A stretch of DNA of 63,977 bases, the filler included, from Reticulomyxa filosa (Eukaryota > Protista > Foraminifera): the NCBI GenBank assembly GCA_000512085.1. It is 18 parts of 18 records of this genome, joined end to end, with 100 filler letters (N's around TTAATTAATTAA, not from the genome) between each part and the next. Parts side by side here need not be neighbours in the genome. Positions count along the whole stretch, not along the records: positions 48,376 to 51,185 come from ASPP01004204.1; positions 51,286 to 54,647 come from ASPP01025237.1; positions 54,748 to 56,204 come from ASPP01008180.1; positions 56,305 to 57,696 come from ASPP01021217.1; positions 57,797 to 60,518 come from ASPP01048526.1; 13 more parts are not named here. One strand, given 5' to 3'. The notes beneath the pieces were generated by a model. That model was not told the origin of the DNA, made no database searches, and saw only the letters and a list, made by a program, of their open reading frames with translations. Position 1 is the stretch's first letter. Every line of letters starts with the position of its first letter. Below, one piece after another: positions 48,500-60,280 of the stretch. Made by a program: the position numbers and the translations under genes.

Positions 48500-51185
48500 G
48501 AAACAATGAAGAAATGAAATATCCTGATGATGAAGAAATGAAATATCCTAATGATGAAAAACGAGAGATCGAAAATATTGAATTGGACCAAAATAAACCG
48601 TGGAATGAAGCGAACAAGACAGCTCACACAATAGTTGAGCAAATGGTTAAAAAAAAACAGAAGGGAATTGTGGTTGTTTCAACCAATCTTGATCAACTTG
48701 CAAGACCAAATGGTCGATGGTTTTTTCAAAATATTCCTTTTACAATGATGATTAATTCAGATAAATATATGAAAGAAAAAAAAGTAATTCCACCATATGT
48801 CGTTTATTCATTCCATTCAAAAAATATCACATTTGATAATGTTACAATCGATGGATGTGTTTATGTTATTGATTGTGTGATTAATGGGAGTGGTCATTTT
48901 CATATTACCCAACACCTTATTCATACCAGCCAATCTGTTATTCGTTATAACTTTCAACGACATGTTTTCACTGTTTCATTGCCCATTGACTCAAACAAGC
49001 TTATGAAATCGGGAATAGATTTATATGAGATATCAAATTTCGATGAAGCAATTGCATTGATTCGTTTTGCACTTTGTTTCAGATTGCAATCACAAAGTAG
49101 TTCTGATATTGACGTTGCACACTCTTTTTACTGGTTAGGAAAAGCATATAATGAGAAAGGAGAATTTGACAAATCAATTGAATATCACAAAAAAGCATTG
49201 ACAATAAGATTAGATAAATTGGAGCCAGATCACATTGACATTGGTGAGTCATACAATATGTTGGGAATTGCCCACGACAATAAACGAGAATACGACAAAG
49301 CACTTGAATTTTATCAAAAAACGCTAGTCATTTGGTCAAAAAAATTAGACAGTAGTCACAGTGATGTTGCTGATTCTTACAATAATTTGGGAAGAGTCTA
49401 TTATATGAAAGCAGAATATGACAAAGCATATGAATATCACAAAAAAGCATTGGACATTTATTCGCAAAAATCGGACGAAAATCAAATAAAGGTTGCCATT
49501 TGCTACTGTCATTTGGGAAATGTTCATTATAGAAAAGGAGAATATCCCGAATCAATTGAATGCCACGAAAAACACTTGAAAATTTCATTAGAACAATTAG
49601 GTGAAGATCATACAGATGTTGCGGCATCGTTTATTAATTTAGGAAAGTCATATTTTGAAACAGGGGAATATGAAATATCGATAGCATATCATGAACAGGC
49701 ATTACAGAAATTTGATGAAGCGCATGCATTTGTTGCAATATCATTGAATGAATTGGGATTGGTGTGGATAAAAGGAAAAATGCAAATAAATAAAGCTAAA
49801 GAATATGTCGACAAAGCTTTGGAAATTTTGATCGATGATAAGAGCAATGACTTTGATTTAGAGCTTGCAAAATCTTATGATGTGTTGGGATTGATATTGG
49901 AAAAAGATGGAAAATATGAAGAAGCAATCCAATCTTTTGAAAAATCGTTGGAAATTAGATTTAAAAATCTGAATGATAATGATCCTTATATTGCTTGGTC
50001 TTTTCATTATTTGGCAAGTGTATTCAAAAATAAGAATGATTTGGATAAATCAATTGAATATGGAGAAAAAGCTTTGAAATTGAGATTAAATAAATTAGAT
50101 TGGGATCATCCACACGTTGGTGAATCTTATATTCTTTTAGGAGATATTTATCTTGCAAGAGGAACCAAAACTAAAGCAAAGAAATGTTATGAAGATGCAC
50201 TCAAGATTTTTGATAAAAGGTTTAGTGAACAACATCAAAAGACAGTGCATGTGAGATTGATATTGGAAAAGATCAATGAAGTTTGATTATCTATTTTATT
50301 TTATTTTGCTGTTAATTTGTTTAATTTTTGTACTTTTCAAAAAAAAATAAATAAAAATAACAGCAACAAGCATATATCATTGTGGATGAAACGAAGGAAT
50401 TGATAAAACTGAAAGGCTTAGTATATGAAGAGTTAATTCAACAGATTTATTCTTGCTTAAATTTGCAATCTTTTAAAAAAATGCAACAAGAGAATTTGAC
50501 ATTTGATTTAGTTGATATGAGGGACAATATTATCGACTCAGATGAAGCAGTTCAACAATCATTTATGGTGGAAAAACCTTCATTTAAAATACGTTGGAGA
50601 CCAATAATAAGTGGAAAATGCAAGATAATAAAGAACGCATTAGTTGTGATGATTGCAATTAGTGAATATACTGATAAGAAAAAATATGGCGATCTTTCAA
50701 ATGTGAAAGACGAGGATGTCAATAATTTCAAACAATTATTTGAACAAGAATTGAATTATACATTTGTGGTCAATGAATCTCCACAAATGACAAAAAAAGA
50801 GGTGCGATCATTTTTGACCAAATTCATTGCAAAGTATAAACTTCATGCTAATACTCGCAAATATGATGGACTGATAATGATTATTTGTGGACACGGAGAG
50901 AAGGGAAATATGTTAGTGACGAGTGATGGAAAATCTCTATCAATTGACGAAATACGTGAATTATTTGGTTGTGATGTACTGGAATCTTTCAAAGATCTTC
51001 CAAAGATATTTATCATTGATGTGTGTCGTGGTGAAACCAGTCCAACGGCTCACTCAACAACAAGTACGAGAGGAAAGATACAAAAAAAGGAAACCGTACA
51101 GTCGTTGGGACATAGCGGTGACGGATTTTTGACCATTTGGTCAACTATATCAGGATATCAAGTTGCAGATTTTTCATTGTTGAGT
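48500..51185 (+). CDS. TPR-array - PB1-like - caspase-family (C14) fusion protein, truncated at both contig ends
   Basis: About ten 42-aa TPRs (DVADSYNNLGRVYY.K.EYDKA.EYHKKAL.I) up to 50280. Phase-0 intron 50281-50363 (GTTTGA..AACAG), then in-frame QQAYIIVDETK..DMRDNIIDSDEAVQQSF..ALVVMIAISEY..IICGHG (His 50892)..KIFIIDVCRG (Cys 51024). Confidence 0.8.
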
Positions 51186-51285
51186 NNNNNNNNNNNNNNN
51201 NNNNNNNNNNNNNNNNNNNNNNNNNNNNNTTAATTAATTAANNNNNNNNNNNNNNNNNNNNNNNNNNNNNNNNNNNNNNNNNNNN

Positions 51286-52701
51286 GCTCGCATACCCCAC
51301 TCCACTACTTGTCACAGTTGCAAAAGGTACACCGCTTCCATTGCTGTCTGTCAATCTTGAATTGCTAAAGCTGGGTTGATATGGCTTATCTGCGTTGACC
51401 CATCCCGATCCCGAAAATGAGCCTGAAATGCCACTAGGTCCTCTCGTCACATCGGTGAGTGGTTTCCAAACTCGATCATTCAAGCCCATATACCATAGTC
51501 CCATCTCTGGATCAGGTTTGGGCAGAGGTATTGTCACACGGACATTTGTGGCTTCCAAGGGGTTCCCAGACTCATCCGTGAATACCGAAAATATTGCACC
51601 GCCAGTTTCTAAGAGGGGACCATTTGGATCGGTACTGGTTTGGAAGTGGGGCATTGTTTTTACTTGTGCTGGAGAGTTTGCATCGATTGCTGCCGTAAAC
51701 ACATTCACCTTTCCAAAATATGGAGTCCCATCTGAGTTTGTCAGCGAGTTGGGAGCTATCGTGATATTGGCTTTGCTATCTGTTATAATTTTAATTTCTA
51801 TATTACTTGCAGATTGCGTAACCTCGGTTCGCGATAACGTAATCTCTTCGGTAATGGAGCCACCATCAGGGATACAAATGACTCTATTTTGCTTGGTCCA
51901 AGCATCATCATCAATTTTAATTGTGTACTCTCCTGGACTCAAATTGGTATATACAAATTTTCCTTCCGCATTGGATTCTGCAGGTATCATCGCCTTCGCA
52001 TTCCACAATTCGATAGACACACCTTTTATCCCATTTCCTCTCGAATCACGTACAATTCCAGACAATTGACCCGCTGCTGGTGGCTCTACTTTTCTCTCTG
52101 GCTCCTTTTTTTCACGCTGTTCCTCCAACTCTTTTCGGCGTCGTAGCTCTTCTTCTCTTTTTCTATTCAACTCTTCTTCTTCTCGAAGGAGCATTTCTCT
52201 ATATCTTTCTCTTTCCTCGTCCATTTTTCTTAACTCTTCCCTCCGTTTTTGCCACTCCGCTTCTTTCCTTGCCAGCTCTTCATCTTTTTGTCTTGCTATC
52301 TCTCGTTGTTTTTCTTCTTCCTTTCTTATTTTTTCTTGCTCTTCTTCTTTTTGACGCTCTTGTTCTTTTATTTGCTCCAGATCCTTTTGTTTTGCCTTTT
52401 TTTTTAAAAAAAATAAAAACAAAAAAAATCACTCATCTTTGGTGCAAGATACAAATAAAAATTCATTGTTTGAAAGTAAAACTGTCGTCTCTGCAGTGGC
52501 TCCGGAATTTTTTAACACGTTAATTTGGGCTTCGAGCTGTGCTTTTGTTTCCCATTGACAACCACAATACCAGCCTCGTTGCATCCAACCATTACCACAT
52601 TGAGCACAATTTCCACCTACACCCCCATAATGTACGTCGCTGCTTCCTTTTCGACCACAATACCAACCATCGGTCGGCCAGCCTCTGCACTCAGTTGGCA
52701 T
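51286..52701 (-). CDS. Cys-rich N-terminus - charged coiled coil - carboxypeptidase-regulatory-like beta-sandwich - CILP/FAM171-like domain (3' truncated)
   Basis: Exon 1 has repeated GWYCG. After the intron from 52482 comes an E/R/K helix, then LSGIVRDSRGNGIKGVSIEL..SNAEGKFVYTNLSPGEYTIKI and LETGGAIFSVFTDESGNPL..MGLWY..VW..GWVNADKP. Confidence 0.65.
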
Positions 52702-53385
52702 ATTTCTTTTTTTCCAAATCTTAAAACAAACACTAAATGAACTACAAAAGTTGCTTTTTTTTTAAGAACTCAAAGGGGTACTGTTAAAACTCAATCTGCT
52801 GTGTCCAAACAACTTTGTTTTTGCGATACAATAATTGAGAAAAGCTTTGTTTCTCAATCATTTGAAATATATTTGAGCATATGGGTCAGAATAAATTACA
52901 AGCATGAATATGTACAATTGATCGCAAAAAAAAGACACTGACCAATCCAAACTCTTACAAATATGTGTAATTTTATTTATAAAAAAGTAGCCTTTTCTGA
53001 ATTTGTATTTTAAATGAGATCAATAAGTCACGGAAACTCCAAGAGTTACAAAGTTCAAAAGTTTCCACGTTTTGGAAATTTCTTTGTGATTATTTTTTTA
53101 CTTTCGCGGAAACGCTTTAAAAAAAGAGAGCAAAAATTGTTTATACTTATTTTTCAACTTGGTGAAACAACTACTTCTTTTTCAACAACACTTATAAAAG
53201 TTTTTCTTGCACTATAAAACTAAATGTCATCGAATATAAATTGCCATGAACAAGTAAAAGTCCAGAAATTTTTTTCTTGAAATAGGAAATAATATTTATC
53301 CCACGAGAAATTTAAAAGAAAGGGGACCGGAAGAGCAGACAGGGGGGTCAATAATTAATTTTTCATACATATTGGTTAAAAAAAC

Positions 53386-54647
53386 ATGTCTAATAGAAGA
53401 GCAGACGATTCTTTAGCTTCAGGTGGAGGAAAGCAGGCAGCACTTTCAGAAGTGCTAGGTGGTGAAGTACGAGAGAAGCGTTTACCGCGACGAGCTCGTG
53501 ATGTTCAAAACAAGGCCGCTGCGCCACAGCAAATAACAGCCGAGCAAATATTACGCGAGGCACAAGAGATGCAATTTGAGAAGGAAGTGGCACCTCCTCG
53601 ACAGCAAATAACAGACACCGAAGAATTGAAATTATATAAACTGCGCAAAAGAAAAGAATTTGAGAATATTTTAAGAAGACAACGAATGAGTGTGGGAGTA
53701 TGGTTGAAATATGCACAATGGGAAGAAAGACAAAAAGAATTTGAGCGTTGTCGAAGCATTATGGAAAGATTGTTATGTATTGATCATCGTAATCATACGA
53801 TTTGGATAAAATATGCTGAAATGGAAATGCGAAATAAATTTATTAATCGCGCAAGAAATGTATGGGATAGAGCAGTACAATTATTGCCAAGAGTGGATCA
53901 ATTGTGGTATAAATACGCTTTAATGGAAGAGCAATTGCGAAATTTCGAAGGTTATTATTTTTGTGTAAGTATTATTATTATTATTATTATTTATTTGTTT
54001 TTATTATTTATTTGTTTTTATTATTTATTTTTTATAAAAAAATAATCTTTAAAAAGGGGCTAGAGGTATCTTTGAACGTTGGATGAAATTCAATCCTGGA
54101 GAAAAAGCATGGACATCTTATATACATTTGGAAATGCGAAGTGCAGGGAGTAAAGCGGATAAAATAATTCGTTGTCGAAAAATTTATGAAAGATTTGTAA
54201 AAGCTCAACCAAAATTAGATAGCTATATAAATTATGCACAATGGGAATTAAAACATGGAAATATAAATGAAAGTAGACATGTATATGAACGAGCAATGAA
54301 TGAAATAGATAATGAAGAATTGACATACGAATTTTATAAAGAATTTGCACAATTAGAAATTAGTGCAAAGGAATATGAACGTGCAAGAGTGATTTATAAA
54401 TATGGTATTGATAATATTCCTAAATATAAAGCATATGAATTATTTCAAGAATATATTAAATTTGAAAAACAATTTGGAGAAAAGAGTTCAATTGATCAAG
54501 TTATCTTTAATAAAAAAAGATTTGAATATGAAAATTTGTTACAAGAAAATCCACATAATTATGATATTTGGTTTGATTATTTAAAAATGGAAGAAGAACA
54601 TATTATTACAAATACAAATGCAAATATGAATACTACTACTACTACTA
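53386..54647 (+). CDS. CRNKL1: Crooked neck / Clf1 / Syf3 pre-mRNA splicing factor (HAT repeats), 3' truncated
   Basis: VQNKAAAPQQITAEQILREA, PPRQQITDTEEL..YKLRKRKEFE, WLKYAQWEE, RARNVWDRAVQLLPRVDQLWYKY, NPHNYDIWFDYLKMEE. One intron ~53951-54057. Confidence 0.97.
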
Positions 54648-54793
54648 NNNNNNNNNNNNNNNNNNNNNNNNNNNNNNNNNNNNNNNNNNNNTTAATTAAT
54701 TAANNNNNNNNNNNNNNNNNNNNNNNNNNNNNNNNNNNNNNNNNNNNTTTTTTTTTTTTAAAAAAAAAAAAAATAATAATAATAATAATAAAG

Positions 54794-56166
54794 TCTGGCA
54801 TTTGAATTGGAAACAGAAAATCGAGAAGGGGTCCAACGCTTGTGCACGCAGGTATTCGACTTGCTGACGGAAGTGCTAACGGAATGCATCTTTCACTCCT
54901 CCACACAAATCTACACGGAACAAAAACGGAAAAAACTGTTTGACAATGTCACTGAAATTGCAAGTCTGTTCTCCGCTTTGAACGAAGCAAAGAGTGTCTC
55001 AAATGCGTTGAGTAAATACTTTTATTTTTAATCCGAATAAAACATTATATGCATATATGTGTACATACATATATATGTATATAAAATGCCATAAATTACA
55101 AATTATAAATCACAGAGCCCAATTAGCGTTGCTATTGGATTCGTACACTCGATGTGTGCAAAAAGATGGAGCCGACAAAAACGATCTGAATCCGCTGTGG
55201 ATCGTGGACGACCTCTTTCATATGAAAAAGAAATTTGCTACGTTGAATTTGAAGCACTTGGAGTTTTGTGATCGATGTACCTTTATTTGTTAAAGTCATG
55301 TGATAATTGGTATATATATATATATGTATATATATGTTTATGTTTATGTGTGGGGAAATGAATAGAAAATTGTGCCTATTCTTTCCAGATATTTTGACGA
55401 ATATGAAGCACATATCTTGGCTCATTCGCCACTCAATCACAAACGGCAAGGCATTGGACGACATGAATGTGTTTGTCTGTCAGCAGCCACTGTCGCGCAC
55501 GAAGCGCATCGTCGAAACGTGGCTCAAATTCATGCACGACTCGGTGAAGCCCAACGTGGTGGCGGAGGTGATTTTGTTGTATTTGGAGACGTGCACTTCG
55601 GCAGACACCATTAGTGGACACGAGGCCTACAGCTATAGTGAATACGCCCAGTTCCTGGAAGAGTATATCAAGCAGTCGATCGACACTGCAGTTGAGTCAA
55701 TCTCTGAGATATGAAACAAGTCATGTGTTTTGTTTTGTAAAAAGCATTTGGATTGTCCGTTTTTGGTTTGACAGTACATGAAACTGAAAGACTTGTACGA
55801 CATCGCGTTGATTTTAGACGGCCTGGGCGCGCAGCCGTCGCATGACAACGGTGCCGTGGGCCAGACGGAGGCCCCGGAATTGAAGTCGAGGGAGTCGAGC
55901 CACAGCGAACATTCCCGCGGGAGTCGTGAGGCGCCGTCGGAAAAGCGAGGGACAGTGACCGGAGTAGGGGATGGGATCAAAGACAAAGAGCGAGGTCTCG
56001 TCGAGTATTTCCGTGAAGAAAAGAATCGAAAGCAATGGTGGGAATACATTGAAGAGGTGGAAATGTTGTTCCGAGACGACGCAGAAATCAGTAAAGCACT
56101 CTGGCAAGATGGCATATTTAACATTATTCCCGAAGTTTTTATATCAATATATAAACACACATATAT

Positions 56167-56204
<38 letters not shown>
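54794..56204 (+). CDS. Internal exons of a large helical hypothetical protein
   Basis: GC-richer blocks separated by (TA)n introns. No motif recognised. Confidence 0.5.
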
Positions 56205-56346
56205 NNNNNNNNNNNNNNNNNNNNNNNNNNNNNNNNNNNNNNNNNNNNTTAATTAATTAANNNNNNNNNNNNNNNNNNNNNNNNNNNNNNNNNNNNNNNN
56301 NNNNAAAAAAAAAAATGTATAATTACCTCAATTTCCTCTGGTGTTC

Positions 56347-56452
56347 TCTTGTCCTCATATTCCACATTCCCATCGTATTCTGTAAATATCTCTCGAATTG
56401 CTTTGCCAGCTTCAATCGCCAGTTCTTTGCAAGTGGCGATCAAGCTTACCAT
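56347..56452 (-). CDS. N-terminal exon of an inositol monophosphatase-family / 3'(2'),5'-bisphosphate nucleotidase-like protein
   Basis: SLIATCKELAIEAGKAIREIF..EYEDK resembles the first helix of BPNT1/CysQ (A..AG..IR.I). Catalytic motifs lie beyond the contig end. Confidence 0.5.
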
Positions 56453-56933
56453 ATCGAAACCTATTTTTGATATTTTCACATTTGTTCAATGATCAGCCAA
56501 TATGTGCTTTTTTTGTACACTAACTGGCTTGGGTCATTGTCTGGCTTCGATCGATTGTGATTTTTTTTGAGTTTTGTTTCCCTTCGGATTACGTTTGGCA
56601 AGCAAAACATTTGAAACTGGAGAGAATGCAATGTTGTGTATAGCATTGGCACAAAAAGTGTCTTCAATTTATTCAGTGAGAAAAAAAAAAAAAGACTTGT
56701 TAACTGTTCAATATGGATTTTTTTTTTTGAGTGAAAAGCCTAGCCAACGAGAGAAAGAGCCGAAGAAAAAAAACATTTGTTTGTAAAATGTTCAAATTTT
56801 TGTACAGCATTGAACAGTGACACAATACACAAACCAAGAAAAAGGAGACTTGTAAAAACTCGATCTTTTTGTTGTGAATGGTGTAGTGTCGCAGATTGTT
56901 TGTTTGTGAAGGGAAGAGGCAAAAAAAACGTGT

Positions 56934-57696
56934 TTACAAAGGCTTTCCTTTTAACGCTTGAAGTTTTGTGTGATCCACCTGGTCCAGCCAAAGAGTATAT
57001 TCCTGCGGAGAGATGTTTTCGTCATTATTCGTATCCAACTCAGCAAAAATGCGTTGAGCAGCCTCGTCAGAAATGTCTTTTGAGATAAAATGGTTAATGA
57101 ATTCGTTTTTGCCAACCAAATTATCTTTGTTTTCGTCGAGTGCGACAATATCAATGGCCTTGAGTTTTTCCATTAACAAAAGTTCCTCATTTTGCACTTG
57201 CGCATTGTTTTCGACAGCGACGGTCGTCATTTCTAAAGCGTTTTCCGGCTCAGCACTTTTCTGCGCTTCAATCAGAGTGATCGGAGACGTATTCTCCTCG
57301 TTGTCTTTTTTTTCTTCATCCATTTCTCCTGTTACTTTGAATGGTTTCAACATAAATACATACACACATATGAATATGTACATATAAATACGTTATGTAT
57401 ACCATGTGTATCTACATGGATTGAATTACATATTTTATATAATAATAATAATAATATGAATAAATATGAACAATATTAAAAAAAAAAAAAAAAGCTCAAA
57501 CATTCGGTATTGGTATGAACAGTAGTAGTTTGAGTTGGTGCATGATCAGCAACGACGGTATTGTTATTGTTATTGTCACTAACGTGGTTGTCTTGCACTG
57601 CAGCTTCGGCATGGTCTGGTGTTTCTCCGCCAGGAGTGGTACCATCTTGGGTGACTTTGAAAGACAAGGCCATCTTGGACTTTTTGATTTCCACCG
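56934..57696 (-). CDS. EF-hand pair protein (5' truncated)
   Basis: Loops LDENKDNLVGKNEF and LDTNNDENISPQEY flanked by helices. Confidence 0.75.
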
Positions 57697-57912
57697 NNNN
57701 NNNNNNNNNNNNNNNNNNNNNNNNNNNNNNNNNNNNNNNNTTAATTAATTAANNNNNNNNNNNNNNNNNNNNNNNNNNNNNNNNNNNNNNNNNNNNTTTT
57801 TGATTGGCAGATTCATGAGGTTGAGAAAGAAAAAAGAAGTAAGCTTAAAACGACTACGGACAGGGGTTTTTTTATAAATTTTTTTTGAAAGAAAAAGAAA
57901 AAAATATTATTG

Positions 57913-58900
57913 ATGCAAAAATTTAATCGCATTTTCAACATTTCCGGTAAGCATGCTATACAACCGAAAGGAGGAGCTTCAACAGCACAGACAACAGTAA
58001 TAGTGAAGAAAGGCACTCGTTTGTGCTTTCTCTATACCTTTCTTGCTTTTAGTGCGACGATGATTGGATACAATGTGTATCTATATCGACAACCCTACTT
58101 ATATGATGTGCAAGACAAACAAGCAGTGGATGTGTTGGATCTGCGAAAAGTGGCGTTGATAGTGAATTATGCTAATACGTGTTTTGGCCAAACAAGTAAT
58201 TATTTTGAGCCACAAAATTTGGAAGAACTGAAAGCAATCATACAATACTATCACGACAACAAATTGAAAATAAGACTTGTCGGAAGTAGGTTGTCTCCAA
58301 ATGTGATCGGTTTGTCTAATGAAGGTATCTATTTTTACAAAAAAAAAAAGAAAGACATTATTGGAAAACAAAAGAATATTCAAATTTTTTGAACCTTTGA
58401 AGAAAAAAATTTTAAAATGACTTATAATATTTTTTATTTTTTATTTTTGTCCCTTTTTCAAAACAAAAAAAGAACAGGCCAACTTGACATAGGGTGACAA
58501 TGTCGCGTGGAGCGATGACATCATTAGCTTTGGGTGCGGCGGGCAGCAACTTGTTTACAAAATATGCTTCCCTCACAATCAAAATAACGCACTTACCGTT
58601 CTCGATTTGTTGCATCACATCCAAAAGCGCAAATTCCTGCACCCGCACACCGATCCAGCAGCGATGGACAGCACGCAGTATATCAAGTCTTTTTTAAAAA
58701 TATATATAACATATAATATATAGAAAGTATACGTGGTTTTTTTTAAAAAATTTAAATAGTAATGAGTCCGGCCTATTCCTCTAATGAAAAAGACAAATTC
58801 ATATGGCTTGGGCTTGTGTTTTATTTGTTAACACAAGACCAAAATTCGAGGTGATGTTATCAAAAACTTTGCTTTGTATGAACGTGTACTTGATCAAGTG
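57913..58900 (+). pseudogene. GLDH: L-galactono-1,4-lactone dehydrogenase (GLDH) remnant with a large internal deletion
   Basis: Transit peptide and TM, then FEPQNLEELKAII..KLKIRLVGSRLSPNVIGLSNEG (plant GLDH RIRPVGSGLSPNGIGLS). Jumps directly to C-terminal motifs VAWSDDIISFGCGGQQL..CFP, PIQQRWTARS and MSPAYSSNEKDKFIWLG, with frameshifts and stops. Confidence 0.8.
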
Positions 58901-58914
58901 TGACCACCTTTGGT

Positions 58915-60280
58915 ATAGAAAAGCTTGCGCACATGGATTTCCTCGGAAAACCGGATCTATTTTTGGAAATTTGCAGTGGATAGACACAGCCAAAATCAGT
59001 TTGTCTACAAGTCCGAAGCATATTGTTATCACTTCACAAAAATTATGTAACGCCGACTCTGAGCGTCCATTAATTCAAAGTTTTTTGCACTATTTCTTTT
59101 TTTTTATATTAAAATTATTTTTTAATAAAATTTATATGTATGTACATGTACCAAGATTTAAACTTTTTTTTAGTGCTCTCTGTAACACACTGCACAATCT
59201 AATATTGTTGATGAAGCGTTTGTGCGTGTGTATTTCAAAAAAAAAGTATGGGACTGGGACAGTAACGACAAGCAAGAGTTGACCGGAGAAATAAAAACGA
59301 ACTTGGTGAACCCGCAAAAAAAAGCAAGTCACTGAGTTCAAGTCGACAATTGCTCATTCGTTTTTGGACTTTTTGGCATGTGGTGTGGACACGTCGTTGA
59401 TTATCACCATTGACTTCACGGGATCCAATGGCCACCCTTTGCGACCTTAAAGTTTGCACTATTTGTCTCCTCAGGGTTCGCAATATCAACAAGCCATTCG
59501 CACCATTGGCAATATTGTGTCTTACTATGACTCCGATCAAAACTTTACTTTGTGGGATTTGTTAAGTGTAAGAAAAAAAGATCATGTTTGGAATCTCATT
59601 GACATCAACTTTTTAAAATTATAGGGCGCAAAGATACCAGATGGAAAAAATCACATGACTTTGCATTGAACGGCAACGAATGGAACCAGGAGGTTCATTG
59701 CATTTATGGAATTGAACAAGTGTATAATTTGGCGATCAAACAAGTGAAGTTGTATGGACAGACCCTTTTCCAACTGATTTTGTCCAATGCCATCGCTATC
59801 GCCATTGCCTCTGCTGCGCATTCCAACGTCAAAAATAAAATTCAATACTTCACCTTGTTAATTTTAGCGGATGAGGCTATCAATGATTTCAAAGAAACCA
59901 ATGATCTGTTTAGTTACATTTGTTTAAAAAAAGCTTATCATATGTAAACTTTCTTTTTTTTTAACTTGAAAGAATTGTATTTGTTGCAAATAAGTACTTG
60001 CCATTGTTGATCATTATCGTCGGAGTTGGACTGGCAAATTTTACTCAAATAGAAGCATTTGATGCTGACAGCAGATCAGTGAAGAATCCACAAGGCGAAG
60101 TTGTTAAACGTGACATTGTCCAATTTGCATTGTTACGCGATTACTCGAAGCCGCTTAAGGACGACAATGGCCATGTCATCGAATTTACAGACACAAGCTT
60201 CGCCGAACTTTCCAAAGAAACGTTGAAGAAAATTCAATGACAATTTATGATCTATATCAAAGCTAATAACTCAAGCAAAT
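58915..60280 (+). pseudogene. Copine remnant (C2B + vWA)
   Basis: DFLGKPDLFLEI, LCNADSERPL, VWDWDSNDKQELTGE, SFLDFL..IDFTGSNG.P..P*SLHY, YDSDQ, LPLLIIIVGVG.ANF, RDIVQF. In-frame stops at 59448 and 60238, plus frameshifts. Introns retained. Confidence 0.85.
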
